Of a stretch of 64,000 nucleotides of DNA, positions 39,301 through 53,145 are shown piece by piece. The DNA is from Camelus ferus (Eukaryota), in NCBI RefSeq assembly GCF_009834535.1, contig NC_045697.1, positions 13,270,001 to 13,334,000 of the forward strand, in the 5' to 3' direction. The position numbers and the translations under genes were made by a program. Numbering within the stretch: position 1 is the first letter of the stretch; every line of letters starts with the position of its first letter. A model generated the notes under the pieces. It saw only the letters and a program-made list of their open reading frames with translations. It was not told where the DNA came from and did no database searches.

Positions 39301-41029
39301 TTCCAATTTGGTTTAAGTGATTCTTAGATGGGAGATGACATCTACACAATAGATTTTCCTTACATCAGTCATTTTACTAAATTCTCTTTTATTTGTATTG
39401 TCTTTAATAGTCTCTTTATAAAAGTATATTACCTGCAAAATTTTTCCCTTGACATCTGTTTGTTATCTTCTTTTATTTGTCAGAAGTTACCAAAAAATGC
39501 AAAATTATAATGGCAGTTTTGTTCCTAGCTTTAATTGTGACATCTGTTGTTTTCCTAGCAAGTAAAACGTTGACTTTTGCTTTTTAACATGAAGAAGAGT
39601 GTTATCTTTGTGTCGGTTTTCTAGAAATTGTCATTAGGTGAATATTTTATTTTGTTGAATTCCTATTGCATTCTTACTAAAATATTAGTATAATTTGTCA
39701 GATTCTTCATGTTTCTACTGAAAATATAAATCTTTTCCAAGGTAGATCATTTTTTAAATACTCTGTTGAAATCATTTTCTTAGTGTTTCACATATGTTTT
39801 TCATTTTTATCCATAAGTAAAGTTTTATATTTTTCTTTAGTATTTCCTTTGTCAGGTATAAATGTGCTTCATAAAATAAAGCATGTAATTTTTCATCATG
39901 TTTAATTATCACAGTTTATAGAGTGTTTAAATTAAATTTTTCATATAAAATTTTTAAATGGCTCACCTGCAAATTTCCTTTGTTTGAAATATTTTGAAGA
40001 CATTTTCTTGATAATTTTTACATTTTCTTCTATGACTTTTATCTATTAAGGTTTTTAAATCTCTTCTTGACTCAGCTTTAGTAAGTTGTATTTTTTTCCG
40101 GAAAAGGTGTTAATTTGACAAAACATTCTAAAATCACATAGTTGCGCAAAGTATTATCCCTAACAAAGTTAGTCCTTATTCCCTTAGAGCTGTATTTCTT
40201 GTCTAGTTCTAATTTCCAGCTTTTATTTTCTCCTTCTCTTGAATTCTCTGTCTTTTCTATTTTACATAATTATTTTCAAAGAACGGCTCTTTATTTTCTT
40301 TTTCCCTAATTCCATTTTTCAAATTTTTACATTTTCTTTTGATTTTAATAATTGCATTCATTTTACTTTTGGTGATTGTTTTTATCCCTTTCTTAAACCT
40401 TAAACTAAACTTTAAAAAAAATACACACTGTTTAAATAATAAAAATACTAGAGCAATAAATTCTGCTAAGGCCATGATTATGATAAAGCATTTTCTCTGA
40501 AGAGTTCATGACTGTAGTTCTTTCACCTTTTTTAAAATAAATAAGAGGAGGACTTCTGTTACTGTGGCTGCTCTGATTTTGTTTTGGTGGAGAGAGTATT
40601 GAGGGTGAATTTTCTAGTAATCGAGCTCCAAACATTTTCTTTTTCTTTCACTCAAAACCTTTGTATATTTTCATGGTCTTTCTTGTGAGTAGATAGAAAA
40701 CAATTTTAAGTAGAGACTGATTTATAGATTTTGACAAAGTATTTCAAGAGATAGAAAATGAATACATGTTTGTGTCATCATTATTAAGAACTATGATATC
40801 AAAATTGTAGATAAACAGGAGCTTTGGATTGAAAATAAATAGATACATAGTTGAGAATTATTTTGTTATTAAAAATATACATGCCTATTGTGTATAAATA
40901 TATTTATGTGTGCATATAGATGTGATCTCACGGAGATACAATCTTCCATCTGAAACTTTGTTTCACCAAAAATTGGTTGCTATATGATCTCTATAACAAA
41001 ATCAATTGTGGGATAAATTTCATACCTTC

Positions 41030-41161
41030 GGAGTTGTGAGTCCTTGGAAAAATTATGTAAGTTCCCTAATCCATGGTTTATGTTTCACATGATTAAATGA
41101 GGGAATGCATTTCAAAACCTAGAACAATGCCTGGTTTATAGTTTGTATTCAATAAATATTG
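41030..41161 (+). mobile_element. MIR fragment
   Basis: 'gattaaatgagggaatgcatttcaaaacctagaacaatgcctgg...ttcaataaatattg'. Confidence 0.65.
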
Positions 41162-43399
41162 CGGATGAAGGTATCTGACATAGCATCTGGTCCGCCATAG
41201 CTCACCCACCTTTATCTCCCATTAGCATTCTTCCCCCATCCAACTTCCAGTTTTCTTGCACAACCAAGACTGTTCTTGAAAGAAATGTAAGACAGCTACA
41301 TGGTTGGGTAAATATTGTACATTCCAAGTATCCAAAAGCTTCCCTTTTTCTACCTGTTAACATCTTTCATTTCAGGGTTATATCCTAGGTCAGGTTTTTG
41401 TATTAGAAGAATGATTGGCTTATGTATGATAAACATGATTGTCCGAATGATCCAATGCTGTTCAGAGGAAACAGTTACAAAGTTCAGATCCAATAGAGTA
41501 GAATTCAAAATCTGCTTTAATTAACCTTATCAGGATATTTAATCTGATATAAGCTTTTTATCCTTATTTTCAGAATAAGGTAATCTCAGTCAATACTCAG
41601 TGGGATTGTGTGGATTGAAGCCAGGTACATGTGGCACCAAAGAAGAAACATTGGCCTTTCTTTGTTCTTTCATGCTGGTCACCTTCCTATTCTTACACAC
41701 AATCTGCTTTGAAAAATGCTGTTCTTTTTTTTAGTGAATAGGTCTTCCTACAAACAAGTGTCAAATAGAGTTTGGATTCACAAATATAAGAGGACATGAT
41801 TTCTTGAGTACTTAATTTTTTAGATTTTAGTATTAGAATACCAGAAAAATTCTTTATTACTTATAACTGCCAGTTACTACAGTGAATAAAATTATACTTC
41901 CCCAAAATTTACAGGTGTGTATTTTTGTTCTTTAACATCAGTTCGGTGCTTAATTATCATCCAGTGCTGTGATGTAAAAGTTATTTAATTTTAAATTGGT
42001 TTTTCATTCTTGGAGTAAAAGCTCAGCCAATGTGAACATATTTTTAAACTGTTACTTTTGTGATAGTTGCTGTTTAAGTGATTTAAATTAATTGAATGAG
42101 TTTGGCATTCTCTCAACTTACTTCTTAGTAAAAGAAGAGAAAACTTAAATTTCTACTTTTTGTATGGTGAACCCTCGTTTTTTAAAATAACCAAGTCCAC
42201 ATAGAACTTTTAAAACATACATTCTCTATCTCTAAGTCTATTCCTTAAGAGGGATAAGTCTGGTGAATTTCTGCCATTTGTTTCTGTGCATATAGAAGAG
42301 AGAGTTGGAAACCGAGAGAGAGATGTACAGTCGGAGACTCAAAGGAAGAGACATGAAAGAGATGAGTGAGACTTCAGGTCTCCAAGAGAGAACATTTTGC
42401 ATAGTAAAGGGGTTTTCCTCACTCCAATGAGTGAGACCTTGGAGTGACTAGAAGACGCAAAATGCTATTTACTGAACCCTCATTCACTCTCGTTCCCTTT
42501 GTGCTTTTCATGTGGTCATCACGTAACCATGTTGAATTTGGTTTCCCCAGGGCCATGAGTATAGTATAGAGTTCCTAAAACTAGAAATATTAAAAAAAAA
42601 AAAAAAAAAGAAAGAGAGAGAGAGACTCTCTAAGCACATATAAAGTCAGATACTAGAAGCTTCCAAAACCTTCCAGGGCTTAAATTTATAACATAAAGTA
42701 ACTGACTCTACTCAGCATAACCTACTCTGTTCTAGTCAATCTTGGGAGCTGTTCATAAAAATATTGTTGCATTTATTTTAAGTGTTAACTTTTGTGCCTC
42801 AGCGTCTTGCATATCTTTCACAGCAGTGTCTATGTTTTGTGGCTTCTTATATGCAGTCTTTCTTCTCTTGTGTTTTCTGCCAGTATTCATCCCACATGGT
42901 TTTATTTTGATTTCATAATCTATTTTATCTCTCCTCTAATGTTTCATTCACTTTCTCTCCAGGGTACCTCTGAAATCTTACATATGGTCCAGCCATTTTA
43001 CACTTCCTAAAACATTTAAACCCTTGATTAAATAAATATCTGCTCAAAAGTGCATAAAATACTTTGATTAAGTACATAAACACTTAGAAACACATACAGT
43101 TCTTATAAACACTTTATGTACTATATTAAGTTTAAAATTGGTGACACATGTTTAATGTCACATTTGAAGAAATTCAAAGCTTAACATAAAAAGATTAAGT
43201 AAATAAATGTCAGAAACACACTTTTTATAACGCAGAAGAACTTGTCACTTGCTAATAACAGTATTTATAAATTATTGGGTAGGATTTGTGTGTGATTACT
43301 CATTGATTGACCATTATTTGGAAAAGCTTTGTAAAGTTCATCACTAATTCAACATGAAAAATTTAGCAAACAGGAAATAAAAAGAAACGTCTTTACTTG

Positions 43400-45825
43400 T
43401 TAAAGACATTCACTGAGCCTTAAGAAATAGCATGCTTAAACACGGCATCTTGGAATTAGTCCTATTAAAATTATGCAGAAAGTAAGGATTCCCACCATCA
43501 CTTTTACTGTTGAATATTGACCAGAACTCTCTAGACAATGCAAAACTTTGTATAACAATTGGAAAAGAAGAGGTAAAAATCATCATTTATTTTCAAGAAA
43601 TAGGATTTAATTCATTACAAAATCCAGGAATATCTAGTAATAAGATGGCAAGAAGTGTGCTGGGGACAAGTAAGGGCACAAGTCAGAATATTCCTGTGCA
43701 TCATTACTGGCTGATGAAAATGAAAATAAATTATTATTCATAATAGCAAGAACTACCATAAAGTACATAAGAAAATCTTGTATAAAAATATTACAAATAC
43801 ATTTTAAATTTTATTAACCCAAATTAAAAAAGTAAGATTAAGCTAGATTAATGTTCCTGAAATAACAAGACTCAACACCATAAACATGTCGTATGACACT
43901 ATATTAATTTGCAAAATCAGTGCAATTTAAATTGAAATCCCTCCAGGGTTTATTGTGGAACTTGACAAGTTGATCCTAAAGTCTGTATGGAATCATACAG
44001 GGCTGAAAATACCTAGGATGCATTTGAAGAAGAACCAAGTTGGGCAACTGGCTCTCTTGTATGTTCAAAATTATTTTAAAAGTATATTAATTAAAACTAT
44101 ATGATATAGAGGCGAGAAAAGACAAATGGGTCACTAGAACAGAATAGAAAATTCATAAAGCCACACAACACACACACACAATTTATAGGGCAGAACTTGT
44201 ATTACAACCAAATGAGGCACAGATATATTGCTCACTAAATGGTGGAAAGAACATTGATTTTCTTTAAGCAAAGTAGATCCTTGTGTTATACCGTGGACAA
44301 AGATGAATTCTACATATAATAAAAGCATAAATATTAAAATGAAACTATCAAACTTTTAGAATAACATGTAGGGGAATAGCTTCATGGTAGTTACAATGAA
44401 TTATTTCACAGAAACTAAGAACAACTCATAAAAGAAGACTGATAAATAAAATAAATAACTTCTACAAAAAAGGCAATATACACAAATTTAAAAGACCATC
44501 CATGGGTTTTGAGCAGATATTTGCAATGGATATTAGACCAAGATTTAGTGTCCAGAAAACATTATACCACCCTACATGTTACTATCTTTTTAAAGATAAA
44601 CACCACCCCTACGCACACACACAAAAATGGGTCAATTGTATAAACAGATAATTCACAAAATAATAGAACTGAATGAATGAAGAAAAAACTTGAAGGTACA
44701 CAACCTCACTAATAATCACAGGAAAGTAAGCAAAAACAATGAAATACTGTCTCACCCATCAGATTTACAAAAATTAAAGAGTTTGATGATACCAAGGTAG
44801 GAGAGAATAAGGAGAAAAAAATCTCATCAACTTTAATAATTTATAGATGCTCAGAGCCTATAGCCCAGTACTTCTACTCCTCAGGGCAATTACTAAGAGA
44901 AAGCATCACACATCTCCGTGTTTTAGTTTTCTAAGGCTGCTGTAAGAAATCACTATAAATTGGGTGCCTTAAAATGACAGAAATGTTGTTTCTTCACAGT
45001 CATGAAGGCCAGGGGTCTTAGCTCAGGGAGTTGGCAAGGCTGGTTCTTTGTGGAGACCTTGAGGGAGAATTTGTTCCATGTCTGTCTTCTAGCTTCTGAT
45101 GGTGGTGAACAGTTCTGCACATCCCGTGGGTTGTAGCTGAATCACTCCAGTCTTTGTCTTGTCTTTCACATGACGTTCTCTCTTCTATGGACCTGTGTGT
45201 CTGAATTTTCCTCCTCTTATCAGGACAAGGACATCGGATGAAGGCCCATTTTAATCCAGTATGACTTTACCTTAATATGATTGCATCTGCCAAAGCTTTG
45301 CTCCCAAACAAAGTCAGGTCCTCGCTGAACACTTGGAGGACACTATTCAGCCCAGGACACTACGCAAGGAGAAATGGGTAACAAGAAAGTTTACCACAGC
45401 CCCTGCCATGGGGGATAATTTTAAACAACAAAATGTTCATTGGTATATCATGGTAAATAATTGTATAGATATAAAATGAAGGTTACACAGCTTTAAAGTG
45501 AACGACCTAGACCTAACAAGATCAAAGCTGATAAATCTTAATTACACATCATTGAGTAAAAAAAGAAAGTTGTAAGATACCTGACAGTGTGACACCTAAT
45601 ACATAGGTATGATAAATATACAAAATGGTATTTTTAATCCGTACAAAATAAAATCTATAAATATGGGAGTTATCAATTTTAGGGTAGTGGTTATCTCTAA
45701 AGGGGAAGGTGAAGAATGAAATCAGAATTAAATGAATGCTTCATATATATATATATGTAATATCTTATTATTTAAGAATGGGGAGATTTGGAACAAATGT
45801 GGCAAAATGTGAACATCTGATATGG
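43400..45825 (+). mobile_element. Old L1 (L1ME-like) ORF2 3' half and 3' UTR, split by MLT1
   Basis: 'gtggaacttgacaagttgatcctaaagtctgtatggaa', 'aaaacaatgaaatactgtctcacccatcagatttacaaaaattaaagagtttgatgatacc'. Confidence 0.7.
44919..45359 (-). mobile_element. MaLR solo LTR (MLT1C-like), complete
   Basis: TG...CA ends; near-identical 5-bp TSD ctccg (44914-44918) / ctacg (45360-45364). Confidence 0.9.
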
Positions 45826-45836
45826 TGAGTTTAGAG

Positions 45837-46057
45837 GAGAATTTCTCAGCCTCTGTACTATTGGTATTTGAGGCAGTATTTTTTTGCTGTGGGAGCTGTC
45901 CTGTGTGTGGTAGGATATTTAGATGTTTAGCAGCCTCTCTGGTCCCTGCCTACTAGATGCCAGTAGCAAAACTCATACACTCCAGTTATGACAACCAAAA
46001 TATTGCCAGACATTTTGCTTTGAGGGGAAAAAAATCAACTTTGGTTGAAAACCACTG
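45837..46057. mobile_element. hAT-Charlie MITE MER20
   Basis: Same body as 35140-35351; terminal 'ggttgaaaaccactg'; 'ttagag' on both flanks. Confidence 0.88.
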
Positions 46058-46129
46058 TTAGAGAGTATTTGTTATATCCTTCTATTTATGTTTTCTACTT
46101 GTTTGAAATATGATATATTATAATATATA

Positions 46130-46450
46130 TGTATATTTCTTACGTACTAAGATTTCATAGACAATTATGGCAATTGTCAACATGTAATCATAAAATATGC
46201 CATATTATAAGCTAGAGAAATAAAAAGGGCATAAGTAACCCGTACAATTTGTGATTAACTTTGTCTGGATTGTTTAGGAAAGACTACCCCGAAGGAAAAT
46301 AGTTCCGCTTCACCTTAAAAGAATGTACAAGATTTCACAAGTTTGAAAAGTGGGGATACCATTTCAAGTAGAAGGAACAGCATGGAGGTAGAAACTATTA
46401 ATAATTTTATGCAATGGTGAATTCTTCTGTGAAATCAAAATGTAGGGCAT
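46130..46450 (-). mobile_element. L2 fragment
   Basis: 'ttaggaaagactaccccgaaggaa...cttaaaagaatgtacaagatttc...catttcaagtagaaggaacagcatg'. Confidence 0.5.
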
Positions 46451-46684
46451 AACTGTCAAATTTTTAGTGCCTTCAGTGGTGGTAGCGTGTATGTGTGGAG
46501 CAAATAGGTATAAGGAAATTGAGAGTAATGTGTGGCCCAGGAAAAACTGGGGAGGGGGTCTAAAGATTCAGTCCAAGCCTGAGGAAGGAACTGACTAGAT
46601 ATGTCTGGCAAATAGTGACTGATGACATTGAAAGATAAAATTAATATTCCTGTAGAATGTTGACATATTAAAAATTAACTTGAG

Positions 46685-47690
46685 ATAAATAGCTTCATGG
46701 ATTGGAAGCCTTAAAGTGGTTAACATTGCAATTCTCCACAAATTGATTTTTAGATTAAATGCAGTCCCAAATACAATACCAGCAGAATTTCATAAAAACA
46801 CAAACTGTCTAGACTATCTAAAACAACTTTATAAAAGAACAACGTGGGAGAACTTATACTACCCGTCTTTGAGAGTTGCTTCAAAGCTATATAATCAAGA
46901 AACGTGGTAGTGGCATAAAGATCAGCAAACAGATCAATAGAACAGAGTCTGGAGCCCAGCAGCAGACTGGCAGTCACTCGGTCTTCTGATTTCTACAAAG
47001 ATGCCAATGCAATCAGATTATATTTGTCTTTTCAACAAATCATACTGCAATAAAGAGATTATCACTTGACATTTATATCACACTACATACAAATATAATT
47101 CAAGATGCATCATAGATCTAAACATAAAAGTTGACACCTTAAAGCTTCTACAGGGAAACATCAGAGAATTTCTTTGTAAATTGAGGCTGTGCAAAATTTT
47201 CTTAGACCAGAGTCAAAAAATAATAATAATAATAATTGTAGTGAAAGAATAAATTTAATTGACAAATTAAGACTTCATCAAAAAATTAAAAGAAATTTTA
47301 ATTTTTTTCTCAATAAAGTATACCACTAAGAAAAATAATAAGAATGCCACAGATTCAGAGAAAATATTTGCAGCATATGATAGCTGACCAGGGATTGGTA
47401 TCCAGGATACATATATAAATTCTATAACTCATTAACAAAAAGACAAAGAAACCAATTTTAAAATGAGAAAAAAAAAATTAAACACTTCACCAAGAAATCT
47501 ATAGGAATAGCCAATAGACACTTGAAAATATGTTTACAATCTCTGTAATCTGGAAAACGGCAATAAAAAAAGAATGAGAGACCAGTAGACAGCCATCAGC
47601 AATGACAACAGTTGGGAGTAAGTGAATCAATCGGAATTCTCACATTAGAAGTGTGAAATGGTAAACCCCCTTCAGAAATAGGTTTTATAA
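46685..47690 (+). mobile_element. L1M ORF2 fragment
   Basis: 'tcatggattggaagccttaa' (SWIGxLN-like) and ORF 46716..46910 (NIAILHKLIFRLNAVPNTIPAEF). Confidence 0.85.
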
Positions 47691-48074
47691 TTTAAATTTT
47701 TTATTTGTCTCGAAATGAGTTCTCCATTAGAGAAAGATCTAAAAAGAGGCCCCTTGTTCCTGCATCGCCATGAATGTTTTATGTATGGCATTCAAAACTT
47801 CCCCACAAGAGTAGGTGTTGCACTTAACACGCTAATTTAATACCCAGGGCTAAGCCGATTATAAAATCGTGTACAGGCTTTCGGTGCATACTTGAGTTTT
47901 CATATAGTCTGAAGGGTGTTCCAAGATATGCACAATTACAATTAGAATTAAACATTGCTGAGCAAACAGTCATATCTATGTTATTATTTTTATTCATACA
48001 CTGTCCAGAATTATTCTTAGACACTATACATATGTTCTTTATTATGTTTAGATAAAGCATGATAACTCTTCACT

Positions 48075-48204
48075 TAACAATATCTGCCTTTCAATAGAGA
48101 AATTCCAACGAGGGCAAACATTTTGTCTTGTTCATAGGATTTTCTCAGTGTCTAGAATAATATGCAGCACATGATAAAAACCTGGTGAATATCTGTTGAA
48201 TGAA
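48075..48204 (+). mobile_element. L2a-type 3' end
   Basis: 'gagggcaaacattttgtcttgttca...cagtgtctagaata...gaatatctgttgaatgaa'. Confidence 0.75.
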
Positions 48205-49639
48205 GGGATGTGACTGTCAGAGTATAATATTTACAAGACCGTGAATGTTTATGAGCATACTATTTGTATGTCTGCATAAAATTTGACATTTTAAGAGGCT
48301 ATGTGACATGCTGAATATCTACAGTTTATGTATATTATTTTGCTGGAAATTAAATATTCTTTTTTTAAGTTGGGTAGATTTCTTTTGGTGCTTTAGAATT
48401 TTACTTCAAGTATTCTGCAAAGCATAAGTTTATGTTTATATTTTTAATAAAACATGCTTATAATTTGGGAACACAAAGTCTTCTATATAAATGCTTGGTG
48501 AATTTTATGTGTGCACATTTCCTATTCAAATGATTTTCATAGCTTATGGGGCCTTCGGTTAGAGGCAATCACTCTTAAAGTTTCATGGTTATGGAATAAG
48601 ACCCTGGGAGAGAAATGCATTGTTCCCCCACCAATTAATTTATTTCACTGTAGATCAGACTTTTTTTAATATGCTAAGAACTGCATTTTGTCATTGTTGT
48701 TTTTTTCTTTATATCTGTATTGTCCATAGTATTATTAGAACTCAGATTCCTATGTTATGTATTTTTTATTTAGGTCTTTTTTTCACACATTAGGTTTTCC
48801 TTTGACAACTTCTACTAGTGCAGGTATCGCACAGCGATTGCAGAATTTTTCCAGGATCAGATATCCACGTATCAGGAAGGCTGTCGTTTGCTTTGTCACT
48901 TTTTGATGACTATGCACTCACAGGGATTGAATCTCACTTTTAAAAGTCAAATTCTGATTCTGCAAATGTGTTTTCCTCTCCCTTTGCCTGATCAGTGAAG
49001 GATTTTGGTAGAAAGCCAAGAAAGGAAATGACTGCTTTCACATTTTCAGATTTAGGAAATATATATCTGGCTTGAGAGGTACCCGAAATGAATCTGCAAA
49101 TAGCTCTTAGAAGAAAAGAAGAACTTAATCACTGGGTTTTCCATAAATATACTTCAAAAATGAAGTTTTAAAAATAGCATACTTCTGATAGTTTAAGTAA
49201 AACGCATTTACTATTAAAAAAAAAAAAAAAAAAGAAGGAGGGGGAATAAAATGGCATAGGAAAGAGATAAAAGACCTCAGGTAAGTCCGCCATTGACACC
49301 TCGGTATATATTGTCCCTGCTATCTATTTATCTGACAAGTGAATATCATATTGAATTTTGCTATCTGAATATTTTGCCTTTTACTTAGCAATAATCTTAA
49401 GTAACTATTCAACTGCAATATGATTTTTAATATCTTAGTGTTCCACATAGAATGTAATCACTACTTTTGGACATTTTAGCTGTTTTTGGTTGCAATGAAT
49501 ATCCCTGCCTCTACTTTTATATCTGACATCCTTTTTATAGGGTATCCTGGAGTAGAAATAGCACTTTGCATTATCTCAAAATATTAACAGGAATAGCTGA
49601 CAACGATGATCATTGTGACATAATGGATTGACTGTGGTG

Positions 49640-49760
49640 TGACTCTGGTTCTGATCCAAGTTAGTTAAGTAAGTTTAATTCTCAGAGCTTCTGTTTCTTC
49701 TTCGGTAATGAAGGGATTGGGCTGAATAATTACTGATTATCCACCAAGCCCTCATGTTCT
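49640..49760 (+). mobile_element. MIR3-like fragment
   Basis: 'cagagcttctgtttcttcttcggtaatgaagggattgggctgaataat'. Confidence 0.45.
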
Positions 49761-50618
49761 TTTATGGCTATGGATGTTTCTTAAAGATTTGATGGGATAC
49801 AATTCCTGAGTACATAGCAGGAGGCTGTTTTATCCCTGATTTTTTATCTGCTCAGTCTTATCCTAGACGCCATGCTGTATTTTCAATTTTGAAGATCTTG
49901 GCAGAGATGGATTTTCACCTTTATGTGAAATGAGGAATCCTGATTGAAGGTGAAAAATAGGAGACAAGCGAGTTATATTGTTCTCATCCATAATGGGTCA
50001 CCAACCACAAGGATACCACCTCTTCAACAGGGGGTCCCCAACAAAGAAAGCAAGGTCAGACCAAATACCTTCTTAGCTTTTGAACATTTATATGTTTGGC
50101 TTTATTTTCTCACTTTTGCTTTTCACTTGTTTTTTTTTCCATTTTAAGTCATACTTTATAATGTCCAGCAAGAGGCACTGGGAACAGTAGAGCAAGTCAC
50201 ACCACATAGTACAATTATATACTTTATCCAAAGCACGCCCTGAAGTGACCTTTATGAATCTCGCAACTGTAACAATAGATCTCCCATATATTTGAAAATC
50301 ATGTGTTCAGGTGACTTGAATCTAACTCCTAAGTCCCCAGGGTCATTCTCTTTCAATGATATATTTGATTTATTGGAACAGTGACCTTTCTAAACCTCTT
50401 ATATCATCTGGTCCTTATGAAAATTTCTACTTATTTCATGGCTGCAGATTTTTTACACATTTAATAACCATTGGATTTTCAATACTGTTTATGCCAGTAA
50501 GAAATCAGGATGGCCCTGTCTCTCTGCACGCCTGCTGGGAAGTTTTTTAAAAATTGTCAGGAATTATACTAAGTAACGTAAGTCTGTCTAGAAAGAAGAG
50601 GCCTATGAGAAAGAGGTC

Positions 50619-50816
50619 CTCATTACCTCCAGGACATGGACCTTGGTCATCTCTGGGAAAATGCTTCTGGCAAAACTGAACAACTCAAATGGGGTCTTTT
50701 GATATTTTGTCTCTTCAAAGTATACTAATTATTCCTTCTCTGTAACTTAAGAAAATATTATTTAACTTAATAATATTCTGAATAATACCTGAATGCATAG
50801 GGTACCCTAATCCTTA
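50619..50816. repeat. Copy A of a ~200-bp diverged direct repeat of unknown origin
   Basis: Colinear with 53146-53344; hand alignment gives 35/39 matches at the start and about 70-75% overall. Confidence 0.85.
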
Positions 50817-51284
50817 CCTAATTTTACTCCTGTGGCTGGACTCTTATTAGAACCCATTTTTGTACACCTGACCTGAGGGATATATATGCAGACATTCTTA
50901 TTCAGATAAATGGTTAGATGTATTGTATCTCATAGAGGGACCAGCTAATCAAAACTAGATTGACTCATCCTAATCAAAACAGAGGCTTAAGAAGGCACTT
51001 TGAAGTCCAAAGAGTATTCATTACAATCTCTTCTTTTCATCAAATTCAATGCCATTATACCATTACTCTTCTGTTTTCCTTGCTTAATAAAACAATCACC
51101 TTGGTTAACTCTAGTTAATACTTGTCCTGTCCTAACCCATGCAGATTAACAAAGCTAAAGAAAACACAGGAACATAATAATTGGTCTCATTTTACACTCA
51201 CGATCCATAGACTTGCCCTATTGCTGTTCAGCAATCAAGATAAAATAAAGTATCTTGATTACTGAATTAAAGTATCTATTTTCT

Positions 51285-51689
51285 ATTTTCTTTTTTTTTT
51301 GATTGAAGATAGTTACAATATGTCAATTTCTGGCATATAGCACAATGTTTCAGTCATGCATATACACATATATTTGTTTTCATATTCTTTTTCATTATAT
51401 ATTACTACAAGATATTCAATATAGCTTCCTATGCTGTACAGAAGAAATTTGGTTTTTTATCTATATTATATATAGTAGTTAATATTTGCAAATCTCAAAC
51501 TCCCAACTTAATCCCTTCCCATCACTTTTCTCCCCAGTAACCATAAGTTTGTTTAAGAAAAATTCCATACGATATCACTCATATGTGGAATTTAAAAATT
51601 TTTTTAATTTTAAAAATTAAAAAAAAAGAAAAAGAATACACTAATGAACTTATTTACAAAACAGAAACAGACTCACAGACATAGTAAAC
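51285..51689 (-). mobile_element. Young L1 3' end with 5' inversion
   Basis: Poly(T) plus antisense 3'UTR to ~51554, then a sense segment ~51555-51689; TSD taaagtatctattttct (51268-51284) / taaagtctattttct (51690-51704). Confidence 0.85.
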
Positions 51690-51990
51690 TAAAGTCTATT
51701 TTCTGTTCAGATCTTTCACATACCATTCTCAACCTTCTCCTCAAAACTCCAGTACCTCATCCTCCATCATCACTCACAAATGATGAACTTGTTCTTATGA
51801 ACCTGATAAAATTATAGGAATCAAAAGAAAACATCTATAAACCCCCAGCATCACATATACCCCCTAATCTGCATCTATACCCTTTTCTTTCCTTTACAGC
51901 CTGTGATCACGAATTAATTACACTCACTTTGACTCAAGACTAACTCCTTCTCACAAACACAAATACATGACTCCAGTAATTCACCCCTCT

Positions 51991-52022
51991 CTAACCCCAA
52001 CCCTAACCCTAACCCTAACCCT
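51991..52022. repeat. Short interstitial telomeric repeat (CCCTAA)~5
   Basis: ctaacc ccaacc ctaacc ctaacc ctaacc ct; one variant unit. Confidence 0.85.
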
Positions 52023-52527
52023 CTTTCCCACATGATGAATTTTCCCTGTGAGGTTATTTGTATCCAAATATACTGTCTTTTTTCCCATTTTAAGAAATGT
52101 CCTTCCTGTTTGACTCACCATTCCAGCTATTGCCTCATTTCTCTTCTTTTTGCAGTACAAATTCATAAAACACTTAGTTATATTGTTTCCAACTTGCCTT
52201 TCCCAATCTCTCTTGAAACCACTCCAAACAGGCTTTTGCTCCCACCATTTCTTCAAAATTATTTTTCACAAGGTCACCTACTAAAGCTGGTAATCAGTTT
52301 TTAGTATTCATCTTACTTGATCAATCAGAAGCATTTGATGCCACAGAACTGTGTTTTTATATTGGTTCCCCAGGACCTCATATTCTCATTTTTTTTTTCC
52401 CTTCTCTTTGCTGTTGATTAATTTCTTAGGGCTTGGTATTTGAATATACCTGCCTTAAATTCTGCATACACTCCATGGTGAAATCTTCTTGTTTCACGGC
52501 TTTAGTATCATCTATCTGTCTCTTTAT

Positions 52528-52588
52528 TTTATCTACCTGTGTATCTACCTACCTACCTACCTACCAATCTACCTACCTATCATCTATA
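52528..52588. repeat. (CTAC/CTAT)n microsatellite
   Basis: Directly visible. Confidence 0.85.
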
Positions 52589-53145
52589 TAAGTGTATATC
52601 CCAGAATTCTCTGAAATCCCAGAATCCTACTTCCAACTACTTACTAAAATTTCTTTATGGGAATACCTAATAGGCAGTTGAACAATATGTGTACATTTGA
52701 GTTCCTACATTTTTCTTCTCAAACTTGCTCTGATTCAGTTCTTCCCCATCTCAGTTAATAGTTAAACCATAGGCTAAATCTTGGGTCCATTCTTAACTCT
52801 CCTTTTTCAAATTTTGCATTTAATTTATCCACAAATCTTGCAACTCTGCATTTAAAATACATCCAGAACATAACCACTTTTCAACAGTTATGTTGCCAAG
52901 ACCCTTTCCTAAAATACAAACATTTCTCTCCTGGATTATTGCAATGATCTCTTTGCTTTCTTTTCCCTGTTTTTAGAACAATCTCTCTCAGACATCTAAA
53001 TAACTCACACCTTCATCCCCTCACCTTCTTATTGAAACCTTTTCTGATCAACCTATTTGCAGTCCCCTTTAGCAATCCCTACCCCATTGCCTGCCTAATT
53101 TTTCTCCTGGTACCAATAACATAACTTTAAGGTACACAATAGATT

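Noticed and set aside
47280..47308. AT-only inverted repeats (also ~51599-51626)
   Set aside because: A/T homopolymer runs inside L1; such pairing is expected from composition.
49270..49290. Perfect donor CAG|GTAAGT at 49278-49286
   Set aside because: No matching acceptor or open exon upstream (a poly(A) run precedes it); a single 9-mer is not strong evidence in 64 kb.
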